From Podarcis tiliguerta (lineage: Eukaryota): DNA of 64,000 nt. Below are positions 1 to 12,940 of this stretch, in pieces. The notes under the pieces are model-generated. The model did no database searches, was not told the origin of the DNA, and saw only the letters and a list, made by a program, of their open reading frames with translations. The stretch's first letter is position 1; each line of letters opens with the position of its first letter. Position numbers and translations under genes: made by a program. The stretch lies in NCBI GenBank assembly GCA_965153285.1, contig OZ229111.1, one strand, 5' to 3'.

Positions 1-80
1 AGCCACCAGACCACTGAAAAGGAAAGTGAGAGAGGAGTAAAGATAAAGTGTAGTTGGTCTTGGAGTATCCATATACCTTA

Positions 81-314
81 TCCATGGACCTTACCACCCA
101 GCATGCATGCAGCAACCTCCAGCATTGTGAGGTCACTGATGCCACACTGCCCAATGCCCACATCATCTTCCAGGGGGGTTCCGCCAAGGAGGATCACCTG
201 ATCCTCAGGCACAATGCCCTCCAAGGACTCGATGTGGGCCTTAAGGTGAGCTACTGTTTCTTGCCCTGGCACCTCAAGGTTGTGCAGATTCTGAGCATGA
301 ATTCAGAGTTGCAT
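81..314 (-). pseudogene. FAU: Processed pseudogene of FAU (FUBI ubiquitin-like / RPS30 fusion), 3'-truncated
   Basis: Translates as [50 protein letters not shown]...MLGGKVHG*, i.e. FUBI plus the first 4 residues of RPS30. In-frame TGA at codon 4 (305-303). No introns at the K/AH and GG/K junctions where FAU has them. A 5'UTR-like pyrimidine tract lies upstream (to ~410). Confidence 0.93.
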
Positions 315-1915
315 AGTTCCACACTCAGTCGCCAATCCAAGATGAAGCCGAGAGAGACAACGAGTCACCGCCGCTCTGCGCACACAGACAAGGGAAAGGA
401 AAGAGAGGATGCAGCAGTTTCTGAGGAAGAAAAATCCAAATGGCACTTCCCATATTATTGATAAGAAATAAAATGATCAGGTGAGCAATGTTTGTTGTGA
501 ACTGACCAGGCACTAAGCAGCAGCCTTAAAACATGAAAGTAGCTTGGCATTACTTCTAAGCATTACTGCTTAGAATACTGCTGTTAAAGAGAGGACCAGA
601 AGGTGAAACAGATCTTAAATGCTGAGATCCCCTTTCTCTTCAAATGGCCTGCCTTACCCCTTCCCAGTATCTCCTTCTGTCTATAACCAGATATTGTACC
701 TCCTTTGCCCCACTCCCAGGCATTTCCCAGGTAATCCCAGAGGATGAGAGGGACATAATACAAAATGAAACAAGCAGGTAATTTATTTTACAGAGACTAA
801 AAGTTATTCTAATCTACATATATTTTTACAAAATAATTCACAACCCTAAACAAGGTGAAACCAACTAACTACTGAATCTTCAGCTCTCATTTAGGATTAT
901 CTTAATATTGTAGCAATCTATGTCTATGTCCAAATCTAGTGCTCTTGGTTCAGCTTCATATCAAAAAATATCACAAAGGAAGAATTTGTTAAAGCATTTT
1001 GTTTTATAAACATGTTTTGGACATTCCCTCTTTCATTTCCTTTGGAATTACCTCTTGGAGGATGTATAAATGTTGAACAAATGTGCTTCTCTTGAGCAGC
1101 TGAAGGCTACTGCAGTTGGTATACATAGCTGACTAGTAGTAGGATATGTAGGCAACAACAGATCTTGATGTGAGCCATGAACGCCTGTACCAAAGCAGTG
1201 TGGGAGGCGATTGCCAAATGCTACTGAATGAGAAGCTGAGAAAATAAGTTTCTGTCTTCCACTGAGACCAATGTGGCTTAGTCCCAGTCTACCAATATGT
1301 TGGGATGGGGATTCTCATGCCTAGGAGCAAATCACGAACCTCCAACCTCTCTATCTGGCTCCCAGGACTCCCTCCAGGGCACATATTCTCCCCTGGCCAG
1401 ACTCCTCTCTGTCCCTGCTCCACAGTTGCTCTTTGAACTGTAATAATGCCTCTTATTTGTCAGCAAGGAGGATGAATAGATTGTGTGGAGCCACGATGCT
1501 GTCTTCTTGCCACTTACCTGGAGGGAAAGGGGCAGGGCAGCAGGAAGGTCAGTGCAGGATAGTCACTCTGGAGGAGTAATCCTGTCAGTGCACTCACAGC
1601 ACAGAGGCATACCTAGGCTCCCTTGTGCCCTTGGCAAGGAACTATATCTGCACCCCCTCCTCCCTTGCACCCTTGGCAAGAAGGTGTATCAATGCCCACC
1701 ACTGCCCCTTGTGTTTTGGCAAGGAGATGTATCAGCACCTCCAAAGCCAGGAGAGACCATGGACCAGAAATTCAAAAAGTTAGCTTTTTTTTCACTTTTA
1801 TGCTCTGCCAGTGACTTCCTCCACAACCATTGGGGTATGTTCTGCTCCTGTCCACCTTCCCTCCCCCCCTCCTCCTTCTCCATTGGTCCATCTATCTGCC
1901 TGCCTGCCTCCTAAC

Positions 1916-2047
1916 NNNNNNNNNNNNNNNNNNNNNNNNNNNNNNNNNNNNNNNNNNNNNNNNNNNNNNNNNNNNNNNNNNNNNNNNNNNNNNNNNNNNN
2001 NNNNNNNNNNNNNNNNNNNNNNNNNNNNNNNNNNNNNNNNNNNNNNN
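1916..2047. other. Assembly gap (N run)
   Basis: Run of n characters in pyrimidine-rich low-complexity sequence. Confidence 0.99.
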
Positions 2048-2269
2048 TCTCCCCTGCTCTCTCCACTCTCTCCATCTTTCATGGCAACATTAAAGACCAT
2101 AGAAGATATCAGATTTTTAAATAAATTAATCTACTTGTGGAAATTAAGGAAACAAGTATATAATTGCTTGATAGTTTGTACACATGTCATTGCCAATCAC
2201 TGTGGTGCTGTGATTTCACCGCTGAACTAGGGCTGGAGAACCCCTGGCAGAAAATCCATGAATCTTGCT

Positions 2270-2365
2270 GGCCTAGTCACTTCCTCTCTTCCTAACATAC
2301 TCACAGGGTTGCTGTGAGGACAAAAGCTATGTCCACCTACTTAAGCTCCTTGGAAGATGGGAATG
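2270..2365 (+). mobile_element. Degraded L2/MIR-type SINE 3' fragment
   Basis: cctaacatactcacagggttgctgtgaggacaaaa...agctccttggaag resembles the L2-derived tail common in squamate SINEs. A related fragment lies at ~45825-45910. Confidence 0.5.
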
Positions 2366-3274
2366 ATAACCGAGAAGTATCTGATACAGTCTTACGCTGC
2401 TAGCATTCAGCAATGGACAGGATGAACTGGAATATGAATACATTAATGTGTGCATCTTATGCCAAAGAAAGGCAGTGTCTCAGAGCCTGTTTCCACTTTT
2501 GTCCTAGTCGCTGCTGTCGCTAGCCTACAATGGATATACTTGTGTACAGAACAGAATCTACCTATTCTGTGTTGTGTCTTATGAACAAACACAACATTGT
2601 GGGCTGTTTTCCTCCTCTCACCCTTTCTGATTGTATTTTACTAGCAAAATGTTGCTTATGACGGCCCAATTCTCAAGAAGATAGTATTCCTATGTTTACT
2701 CTGTATTATTTCAGACCACAGGGGTTGGTGTGGCTTCACATACCTGAGGGTTCTTCCATACAAAAAACTTTAAACATGCTTCAATAAAGACCCAGAGGAA
2801 GACATCATGAGGAAAGTCATCCCATGGGGCTTTTTCACATCAGGAAGCATGGCCAAGGAGGCTGAAGAGTGCAGGGAAAATATTTACTGAAATGAAAAAG
2901 GCATGCACCTTTGTTCAAAAACCCTACCCACCTTGAAAACCTAAAGAAATTTTCAAGTGCCCTGAGGTAGTGCCATAGCTTGTAGGCTACCTGGTTTTTT
3001 TGCCCTGAGTGAAGCCTCCAGAGGGGCACCATTGACGCTCCTATTCTGTGTATGTGTGCAAATGTGTGGGGGAGGTTCCAGGCAGGAAAATCATGGAGGC
3101 CTTTTTTCCAGGAGAAGAAAAATTTTGAGAAAATTGATAAATTTTGATAAATTTTAGTGGAGAGTGCTGTTCCGTTATAAGATTCAGCTTCCAGTACGGC
3201 CACCTTTTGTACATAGAATGAGAGAGGTGTCATCTTATCTGCCTCAGGCAGCAAAGTATATTGAACAGTCCCTG

Positions 3275-3461
3275 GTTCAGAGCTCAGTGTTAGAGCATCT
3301 GCTTTGCACACAGGAGGCCCAGGGTTCAATACCCTGCATCTCCAGATAGAAATGGGAAAGCTTCCCTGCCTGAAACCTTGGAGAGTCACTGCCAGGAAGT
3401 GTAGACAATTATAAGTTAGGTAGGTCAGTGGTTAGACTTGGTCAAAGGCATTTTCCTATTC
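3275..3461 (+). mobile_element. tRNA-derived SINE, Squam3-like
   Basis: tRNA-like head with A box (agctcagtgttagagc) and B box (ggttcaatacc). Body continues cctgcctgaaaccttggagagtcactgccag...gtgtagacaa and ends aaggcattttcctat. Confidence 0.75.
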
Positions 3462-3552
3462 CAGGTGGAACTACTGCTTGATTCCAAAGAGAACTTCATA
3501 GTCTGGCTGAAGTTTTCCTCTGCTTTAATTTTTGCTGAGTAAGCCAAAAATA

Positions 3553-3903
3553 AGGGACACGGGTGGTGCTGTGGATTAAACCACAGAGCCTAGGACTTGC
3601 CGATCAGAAGGTCGGCGGTTCGAATCCCCGTGACGGGGTGAGCTCCCGTTGCTGGGTCCCAGCTCCTGCCCACCTAGCAGTTCGAAAGCACATCAAAGTG
3701 CAAGTAGATAAATAGGTACCACTCCAGTGGGAAGGTAAACGGCGTTTCCGTGCACTACTCTGGTTTGCCAGAAGCGGCTTCGTCATGCTGGCCACATGAC
3801 CTGGAAGCTGACGCCAGCTTCCTCGGCCAAAAAAGCGAGATGAGCGCCGCAACCCCAGAGTTGTCCGCGACTGGACCTAGTGGTCAGGGGTCCCTTTACC
3901 TTT
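3553..3903 (+). mobile_element. Full-length Sauria SINE
   Basis: gggacacgggtggtgctgtgg head, B box ggttcgaatcc, body gcaagtagataaataggtacc, tail cctttaccttt. Perfect 13-bp TSD TAAGCCAAAAATA at 3540-3552 and 3904-3916. Confidence 0.93.
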
Positions 3904-4056
3904 TAAGCCAAAAATAGACACAATCAAAATGTTGCTCCCCCCAACACTATTTGTTAATTTAAATCATAACCATGTTGCCTCTCCAAAGCTCAGGGCAGTT
4001 TACAACTACTGTTGGAAGATTTTTCCAGCAGTGCTAGTCTCTTGCAGGGAAAATAA

Positions 4057-4130
4057 CAGATAGTCTTGTGGCACCTTAAATATATATACTATGGCATCAG
4101 CATACATGGACCAGAGTCCATTTCCTCAAC
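4057..4130 (-). mobile_element. Penelope-like element terminal fragment
   Basis: gtcttgtggcaccttaaa...atggaccagagtccatttcctca matches the reptile PLE terminal motif as I recall it. Related remnants at ~5665-5710 and ~30680-30750. Confidence 0.5.
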
Positions 4131-4702
4131 TGTATCCTGAGTTTTAGGTATGTTAATTAGATACCTAATTATCACCCACCCTGTACTTGCTTACAATCCC
4201 CTTTTCAACCATATGTGTGCACATATATATTATCGCAACTCTGGATAAGGCTTCCCACATCATTTATAGTGAACAGTAAGTCCACAAAAGTGCATGACAC
4301 AATAAAATTGTTAAAATGCTGAAAAACAAAACAAAACACAAAATCCCTTTCTCCCACCCAACCCTCTCTAGGAAATATATATATTTCCAGCGCCACGCAC
4401 ATACGGTCCCAAATGTTTACATCCTTCAGTTTCAAATGGAATTCGATGGCAAGGATGCGACATTTCCATCAGAAAGAATGGTATTACTCCAGGCACTCTC
4501 CCCTATACATTCGGAATTAACAGCTCCCTTGTTTACTTAATGGAATTCTTTTTTCCACTCTTCCCGAAATGTTGGCTACAAAACGATGGAAAATAAAGAT
4601 GGCTACAGTTCTAGACCAACTGAGCTGTTGGTGTCATTTTTATTTAACCTTGTTTGACAAATTTTAATTTTAGAACATACTACTTTTTAACAAAAAGGAG
4701 CA

Positions 4703-4845
4703 CGATTCAGCCAATGTTAGGCACTTTTTGAGTGTCACTGATTTTAAGCGGAGGGTTGAGTATGTGCTTTATAAGACAGGCGTGTGCACCTTCTCCCCCA
4801 CTGAAATCAGTGGACGTGACAATGCCTTAACTTCGGGCTGGATGG
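4703..4845. repeat. Palindromic MITE-like repeat, family B
   Basis: Inverted arms cagccaatgttaggcact...cactgattt and gaaatcagtg...tgccttaacttcgggctg. Related copies at ~5295-5420, 8985-9105, 9620-9720, 48180-48370 and 51617-51700. Confidence 0.65.
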
Positions 4846-7751
4846 CGCTCGGGTTGATCTTTGATGCCCATAGATCATAGTTGACTGTCCTCCCAGGGCT
4901 GCCTACGTGTCCTACTCTGGATATGGAAGGTATTGTTCATTCCAGTTTTATACATCTGAGGGAACAAGAACTGAGTTGCTTGAATCTGACCGCAAACACT
5001 CCCGACTCTTCCGCCCCTCACTTTCCAGGAGCTCCAGAAGAACGTACTGAATTTTTGCACCCTAATCCTAAACACGTTTTTTTGGGGGGGATGGGAGAAG
5101 AACAGTCCCTTGGATATAAGCATCCTTGCTTTCCATGGAAAGTACCTCTAAGTAAATGCCATGTATATTTTTTAAAGTAAACTCATATGTAAGTGGGACA
5201 TGTATCTTGCTGGAAAAGATCTCGGCTACTTGAAAATATATATATAATTTAGGAGAACCGAGGTAGCCATTCTATTCAAACAAAGCGCACGGTTCCCCCG
5301 AAGTTAAGCTTTTCTACACCACATTTATTCCCGTGGGAAAAAGAGATAAACGCCGGTTCGAGTCTTCCCTTTGAAATCAATAAGACTTAAAAAAATAAAA
5401 TGCTTAACTTTCTCTGGGATGTGTTTAAAATGCTTCTGAGCATCAGTTAGGCTAGAATCATGATAGCATCTTGATTACATTTGGAGATTGAGGTTTAATG
5501 ACTCAATTGACGCTTAATTTAGCTTTATCTTTTAGCCTTCTTGTCTCCTAAATGAATAGCTGCGTTAAACGCACCAGCGAATATCTCCCGATAAAAGCAT
5601 CGCTAGAGTAGAGGAGGGTTCGGATAAAGTAGGCTCGGGCCCACGAAGAAAGTTTACTCCACAATGAGTTCCTTAGACCTTCAGGTGCCAGCAGGTCTCT
5701 TTGTTGTTGCTAAAGCAGGATAAAATAGAAGGAGGAGGACGAGGAGTGGACATTTTTCAAGGTGTAGATTTGACGTGGTTGGTATTGGCGGAAATATCTC
5801 ACCTTCGGCTGAGCGATGCTTTCAGTCCTAAACACACGTTCTTGGATATGTCTTAAAATCTTATGAAGCCAATATGCTCCGGGGATAAATGGCCTGTGGA
5901 TTTTCCCTCATGCAGTGAGGAGTGAGTGGAATCCCAAATTTCCAGAGTATCTTTTAGAGAGAAAGGGTAGAAGTCCAGCACTGAGTCCAGGGAACAGATC
6001 GCCAGCATTCTAGCTTAAGTTACTGTTTCGTTTGGGATGGTTCCAAAAAAAGCCTTGGATGTCCCTTCTTTGAGGCCTGCGGGTGTACATGTTGGCTGGG
6101 TCCAGATTTAAGAAGAAGAAAATCGCCAGTCGGATAAAATGCTGTAACACACGTGCACCCTCTCCTTAAAAATCGCTTTGTTTTTGCAAGCAAAACAACA
6201 CGCGTGTTCATTTTGCTGCCCATGGCGACCATATTATACATTCACGTGCATGTCCTTCCCGCTGAGTTCATTGGAGCTTACTCCGAAGTAAGTGCTCATA
6301 GAATTGCAGTTAATTTCTTTATACATCCCATTAAACGTTTCCCACATCTTTTATTTTCTTGCTTTCTTTTTTTAAAGTGGGGGCGGAAGATGTAATCGCC
6401 TTTCCATTTCTTCCCAAGCGATGCTTGTTAAATTTCGGCTGTCTGAGACGTGAAAGTCTTGCAGTGAGAGGGAGAAAAATAAGAGTCGGATGACTCGCAC
6501 ACGACCCTAGGACGGCAGCCAAAGAGAAGCAACAGCAGCCCAGTTGTATAATGATTTCTTGGGAGCAAGTTTTGCAGGCCGTATGAAGAGCCGGGAGCGC
6601 CCCGGCCGCGATGCAGCTGCGCGTTAATTAATTATTTAGCATGGAAAGCGAGTCTCCAAGGGGGCCTGTAACCCACCCCGATAATGTTCTTGAAAGCAAG
6701 TGCAAAAGTTCAGTTTAAAGAGAGCAAGTTTGTCAATGCCTTCCCGCCTCTGGTCCCCCCCCCCCCCATTAGAAGCTCTCCGGTGTGCTAAAAAGGTCTA
6801 CTCTAAGGAGCTATGTTCCAGATGCGGTTTTGTTGCAGGAGACACAGTCCTCTCCCTCCACAGGTCAACTGAAGAAGTGAATGCTTTGTTTAGGATACAT
6901 ATTGACTCGACTGGAACTTTTCTAATTCCAGTATTTCCATTTAAGTAAGTTTGGTTGACTTGATTTCCTCCATTTATATGCCGCCTTTCTGCAGTAAGCT
7001 GTGCACAAAGCGGCTTATAACAAACGCTTATTTTGTACCACATGCAGAACATTAGCGGGGGGGGGGGGGAGAAGAAATATCAATAAATTCAAGTTGCGTA
7101 AGGAGTGACTTTAAGCTGCGAGTCTAGGTCTTCGCTCTGCAGCAGAACTGCAAGGCAAGCCTGTAAGAGATCATAGTTTTGCATACATTTCCACTCTTTA
7201 CATAAAATAATAAAAATGGATTTATCTATGTATAGAAACATAAACAAACACCGCTATCTCGTTATTCCTTTCAGAACGCGACAAGTTCGTTGTCTGGGTC
7301 TTACGAAACAATGGGAAATTTATCCATCTAACAATCTGGGCGGCAGGGGGGTGGGGAAGAATGACTATATATCTCTCATGTTTTATCTTGATTCAGCTCT
7401 AACAAAAATTCTGAAAATAGATAAAACCTGAAATGGGATCATCGTGGTCCTCTCTTGAAAACTTTGGAAACTTTGAACTACACGTTCTTTTATATCCCAC
7501 TCTAAGTTTAAACTATTTTAATTAAACCAGTGGTTTGTCAGAAGGCTCCGACCACTGACGAACGTTCCTTCACAAGCCCCAGTTTCAGTGAATGGTGGGG
7601 GTTTCTTCGGAAGCAGCCACGTTGACTTCCTGCTGAAAAACAGCTTATCAAAAATTGATCCCAGCCAACACTGGCTTTCAGGCGAGAATAAAAGGAGTGA
7701 GACCCACAGACAGATCTATATGCGCCGGGTAAACACACTCGAAATTAAGAT

Positions 7752-7843
7752 TGCAATTCTATACAGTGCACACACGTCTATGGCGATAAGTCCCATGGAA
7801 TTCAGTGGGTCTTACTTCTGAGTAGACTTGCGTGGGGTTGTGG
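7752..7843. repeat. ~90-bp palindromic MITE-like repeat, family A
   Basis: tgcaattctata...taagtcccatggaattcagtgggtcttacttctgagtagac core, shared with many other copies in the window. Confidence 0.65.
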
Positions 7844-9188
7844 TCTATGGGACCTACCTCCCATAGTCTACGTGGCTGGAACGGAGATCCATGACTACGT
7901 AGGTTCTAAATTCTACACAGGGGGTTCCTACTCCCTCCTCCCACATTTCATCTTAGTACTGTGACTAAACGTGAACCCCATCCAGGCAGCGTTTGCCAAT
8001 CCCTCCCCTTTCCTTCCTTTGTTTACCATCTAGCCTTAACGAAGAGCTCTGGAGAACTCGGAAACGTGCGCGGTATTTTGTGGCATTTTAGTTGGCTTAA
8101 CAAAGGAATTGCCCTAAATGTGAACTTTTTCTTGTGGGTCAACATAACAAAAATGTCTATATGGAATATTTCCCAAGAGGCATCCTGCGGTGTCTGACTA
8201 TTTTTGTGCTTCTAAGGAAGAGGCAATCAGGATGGAAACTTTTTATTAGTTGCGAGCCTATTCATATGTCTTTGAATTCTAATTAGTTGCCATATTTGAA
8301 GTATATTAACTCATTATAGAGTTGCATATATTGTTCTTCTTGGGATGATTGTTCCTGAAGGCCCACTATTTCACTGGGCGTCTTTTACTAGTATTATTAG
8401 TATTATTATTACCTTAATAGAGTTGCATAGACTGAATGCATGTTTTCTATAAAAGGAGATTCGTTTAATGACACTCTCTAATATCTTTGCTCGCTACTCC
8501 GATGGGAACAATTTAGTGAGTAAAGTAGACTAACAACCTAAGTGAAAGGGGGCGGGGGATGAGGTGGGAAAGCACAGAGTACAGATGGGTAAGGTTAAGT
8601 ACATTTTAATTTATTTGTTTACTACGAAACACAACCCAATTAAACACTAGATCGGATAGACTTTGCCTTTTGGGTATAAACACAAAGTAAATCTATTGAC
8701 AACAACTGCGCAGAGGCAAAACAAAATGGATGTCAGGACCTTAAACTTGCCACATTAATTAATGAATAAACTAAAAGAATACAAGGAGCTCCTCTCCGTT
8801 GTTGTTCAGATGTTAAACGGGGAAATCAACAATTAAAATAGATTCACACGTTCCAGTGAGGCATCACATGAAATATTCCTGTGTAATCAAAGGAACGGTT
8901 GCTGGTGGCCTTCTTATTTCTTTGGCTCCGAGCTGCGTCGGCTATTAAACATTACCACGTCACAATGGAATTGGAGCAGGATGCGATGAATACCAAAGTT
9001 GAGTCCCAATTTAGCGAAATTTAGATTTCAGCAGAAGAGAAGTAAGGAGGTGGTTGACTGATTCACAACCATTTGACCGAAAACGCTTAACTTCGGCTGG
9101 ATTGTATTCATTCTTCGATACTAGTGTAATGGTACCAATAACAAAAAAACAACAACAGTAATAATAATAATATAGCAACAACAAACAA

Positions 9189-9189
<1 letters not shown>

Positions 9190-9237
<48 letters not shown>
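9190..9237 (+). repeat. (AAT)n microsatellite
   Basis: Direct observation. Confidence 0.95.
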
Positions 9238-10329
9238 TGGTATGGAGACAAAATTAAGCGTTGTTAAGTGCCATTCGAACCAGTGGGAGATAAAAAGTCC
9301 AGTTCTGTGTTTGCTCTGAAATCAACATTGAGTTCAGTGGGGCTTCCACATAAATCAGGGTGCAGAAAATCGCAGCCTTGTATTTTCAGTCCGAATCTCA
9401 GTGAGTAGGAAGCTTCAATAAATTATTGTTTCCAAGTGTAGGCTGGGTTGAAGTGTAACTCACCCATTACGGAATGACCTTTTCCTAAGCAAATGAAATA
9501 GGCTGTTGCCAACATCGCAGCTCACGCCATATAAACCTGTTCGGGCTCTACACCCACGACTCTAACTTGGATTTAATCCTAGCGATTTCAGTGGGACTTG
9601 TCTCCAAATAAACTCAACTCAGAGGAAGTTCAGCATACTTAAATAGGATTTACAAGTATACACAGAATCTCATTAATTTCTAAAGGATTTTAAAAGTGCT
9701 TAATTTTTCTTCTGGGTTGAATTCAGGGTGCTTAAGAGAGTGCTGTAAAGTGGAAACTCGCTCTCTCGTGAGTGTGTCAGTTCTTTGGCAGTGTTTTCTA
9801 TCTGTCTATCTATTTATCTGTCTAACTAGTTTATTGTTTGCTTTTTAAAACTTGTTTCGACGGTGCTGGTGACCTCCCAATTGACCACTACGCTGCACAG
9901 AAATGCTTGGAAAACACTGCAAAGCACTTTATAATCTTGTGATAATAAACCGTGATTTAGTATTGATGTAAGTTTCTCAGTTTTTAAAAAAGGTTTGTTG
10001 GAAACCAAGTGAGAAAATGTAAGTGGGAATGAAAAGACAAACAGAGAGCCTGATTGGATGGAAGGATGGATGGAAGGGTGGGTGGATGGATGGACGGACA
10101 GAGAGATGCTGAAGCTGCATAAGAAGACAAAATAAGGTATATATAAAGATGGCCGAAGAGAGGAATGAGTTATGGTGAACTTTCAAAGATTAAACAGAAC
10201 TTTTACTTTTAAAAAATCGTACATCTACGGTAGAATTCCAGAACTTAGTCACTGATGGACAACAACCAACAGTTTAACTTAATAAATAAAACTGCTATGC
10301 TTGAATTATATGTAACTATTTTGTATAGG

Positions 10330-10816
10330 TAAAGCTATGGTTTTCCCAGTAGTGATGTATGGAAGGGAGAGCTGGACCATAAAGAAGGCTGATCACTGAA
10401 GAGTTGATGCTTTTGAATTATGGTGCTGGAGAAGACTCTTGAGAGTCCCATGGACTGCAAGAAGATCAAACCTCTCCATTCTTAAGGAAATCAGCCCTGA
10501 GTGCTCACTGGAAGGACAGATCCTGAAGCTGAGGCTCCTATAATTTGGCCACCTCCAATACTTTGGCCACCTCCAATACTTTGGCCAGGGAGAAGAGAAG
10601 ACTCCCTGGAAAAGACCCTGGTGTTGGGAAAGATGGAGGACACAAGGAGAAGGGGACGACAGAGGACGAGATGGTTGGACAGTGTTCTCGAAGCTACCAG
10701 CATGAGTCTGACCAAACTGCGGGAGGCAGTGGAAGACAGAAGTGCCTGGCGTGCTCTGGTCCATGGGGTCAGGAAGAGTCGGACACGACTAAACGACTAA
10801 ACAACAACAACAACAA
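10330..10816 (+). mobile_element. 5'-truncated Bov-B/RTE LINE, 3' end
   Basis: Encodes RTE C-terminal motifs (KAMVFPVVMYG, DAFELWCWRRLLRVPWTARRS, DSLEKTLVLGKME..RRRGRQRTRWLD). (CAA)n tail. Probable TSD TATAGG at 10324-10329 and 10817-10822. Confidence 0.93.
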
Positions 10817-12851
10817 TATAGGAACTCGGGAGCATATTATGTAGTTATAATCATTGTCTGCCTAAGCACACACAGGAGCGTGTGGACAATAGAGAAGAGA
10901 ATGAGAATCCTCCTGCCTGGTTATTTGTTTGTTCCCCCTCGACTTTTGAGCCTTCTCAATATCATGTGAAGACAAGGCAGTAGCCCTTCGGCATATTTGT
11001 CAGAAATCTGTCAAAATCCCCATCCTGTACATACAGTATGAATGGAGCAACTCTTTTTCCTAGAGGTGGATTAAGGGAAACCAACACATCACCATTTGAT
11101 AAGCACTAGGGCAAGGAGTCTTTCGAGCCAGGTACTGAGACCATTTCAAAGCCTTCATATCTCACATGTGTGAGATTGCTGCTGGAAATGCGGACTGTAA
11201 ATAATTCATACCTCTGGTGGTATACGTTACAAGGCGCATTCCTGTTGCACAGCTCAGCAGCTGACCATAAACGCTGCAGAGCAGCGTGGAGAGGTGACAC
11301 CCCTTGGCAGCGTGGTGGGTAAACTGTATACTCGGCAGACATTGTTCGAGTTTATGTGTTGGCTCTCAGAGTGTGCCACCCTTTTCAGGGTCGGTGAATT
11401 AATCAGTCAATTAATATTATCTGCCCTATAGTTTCCCGCGCCTCCATGAATTCTTGCTGATTATGGAAAGTCTACTAAATCCACCAGCCCAGTGTACGTC
11501 CCAGGACAAACATGCAGAGCGATCCTAAGCAAGTTTAACATCAGTGGGTCTTCCTTCTCCGTAAGCATGTGCTCATCTCTTTCTCGCTCCCGCACACACA
11601 CATACAGAATATAATTTCGATTACAATATGCCAAGTAATTCTCATAGACTGAGATTCTGCTGTACTGCAGTAAACGAGAGGTTTTGCCCTTGCATTTTTT
11701 AGGAACAAGAAGCCAACACTGCTGCTTTCGTATTATCGCAGGTCGATGATTCTCTGTTCCTTACGGTTAACATAGATTCATTTTTCATTGCTTACAATTG
11801 AAATGCATGGTTATCTTCGTATCCAAGGAGGAAAGATGGCGGGTCCCTCAGCCATGTACGTGTGGGTGGAAGGAATTGACAATTCTCTGGTTTAAGGGTC
11901 CCTTTCCGTTCTCAATGATGAAATGGAGTTATGCAAGGAGGATGACTTAACATGAGCACAAAGGCACAGGCGTTGGGGGAGTAAAATATAAATTTGTTTT
12001 AATGCCCTGTTGCAGCAAATCCCACTAAACAACTGTAGACAGAGCTCACAAGGGGAAGACTCTGGCAGACTTTGGCAGACTTTTGACACTAACTTTGAAA
12101 AGGAGAATTTATATAGCCATTAGAAATGATCGTTCTTGAGGGGGAAAGTCTTCTATTCAGCAATATACCCCTAAACACATACGATGAACGCACAGTAGGC
12201 ATATAAAGAAAAGACACGTGTGTGTGTGTTGTGCCGGCTGAGTCCACGAAGGTATCATACAACAAGTGAGGGGCGTTTATTATCTTTAATATTTAAGATA
12301 GCCCCTTATGTACAGGGCATTGTTGCTATCCAGTCGAAAGTCTGTCGTCAGGATAAGACTTTCGCGAAGACAACGAAAAGGCTACTGGAGCGGCAGGAAA
12401 AATCATGGCAATGGTTTTCCAGAGATGGAGGCTCCAAGTGGCCATATAGCGAATGGACGTCCGGTTGTTGTTGTTTACATGAATTTATTGCCAACTTGAG
12501 TAATCTGAGGGCATCTGAAAAATCGGGGGTGGATCGCATCGGGAAGTTTCAAGAAACCATTTCCTGTTTACTTTAGAGACTAGGAAAGTTCTACTTTTTG
12601 CCTCTAGCATATGCAAACCTCAGGTGTCTAGGCATTCCCCAGAAGATATTTGGGAGATCATTGAGGGCTTTAAAAAAAGTTGCAACATTCACTGTACATT
12701 TCATTGGACGTCAAAATGACGTCCAGTAACTCTTCCAGCAGTTACATTGCCAACACCGGATTTCGGCATTAGGTGGAAATAATTTTTTTCTGCTGAAATT
12801 TGATGCTCATCTCAAAAACAACAACGATTAAATATAAAAACCCATTGCGTA

Positions 12852-12940
12852 AGTGTAATCTTATGTATGGCTGCTCAGAAGTAAGTCTCACTAAATTCAG
12901 CGGGGCTTAATCCCAAATAAGGGTGTATAGGCTTGCAGCC
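12852..12940. repeat. Family A palindromic MITE-like repeat
   Basis: gtgtaatcttat...ctcagaagtaagtctcact...ggggctta...tataggcttgcagcc, flanked by TA. Confidence 0.65.

Noticed and set aside
54-461. 135-aa + strand ORF
   Set aside because: Antisense shadow of the FAU pseudogene.
2835-3389. 184-aa minus-strand ORF
   Set aside because: Starts in an antisense SINE, with no domain or splice support.
3275-3635. tRNA-like A/B boxes
   Set aside because: These are SINE heads, not complete cloverleaf tRNA genes.
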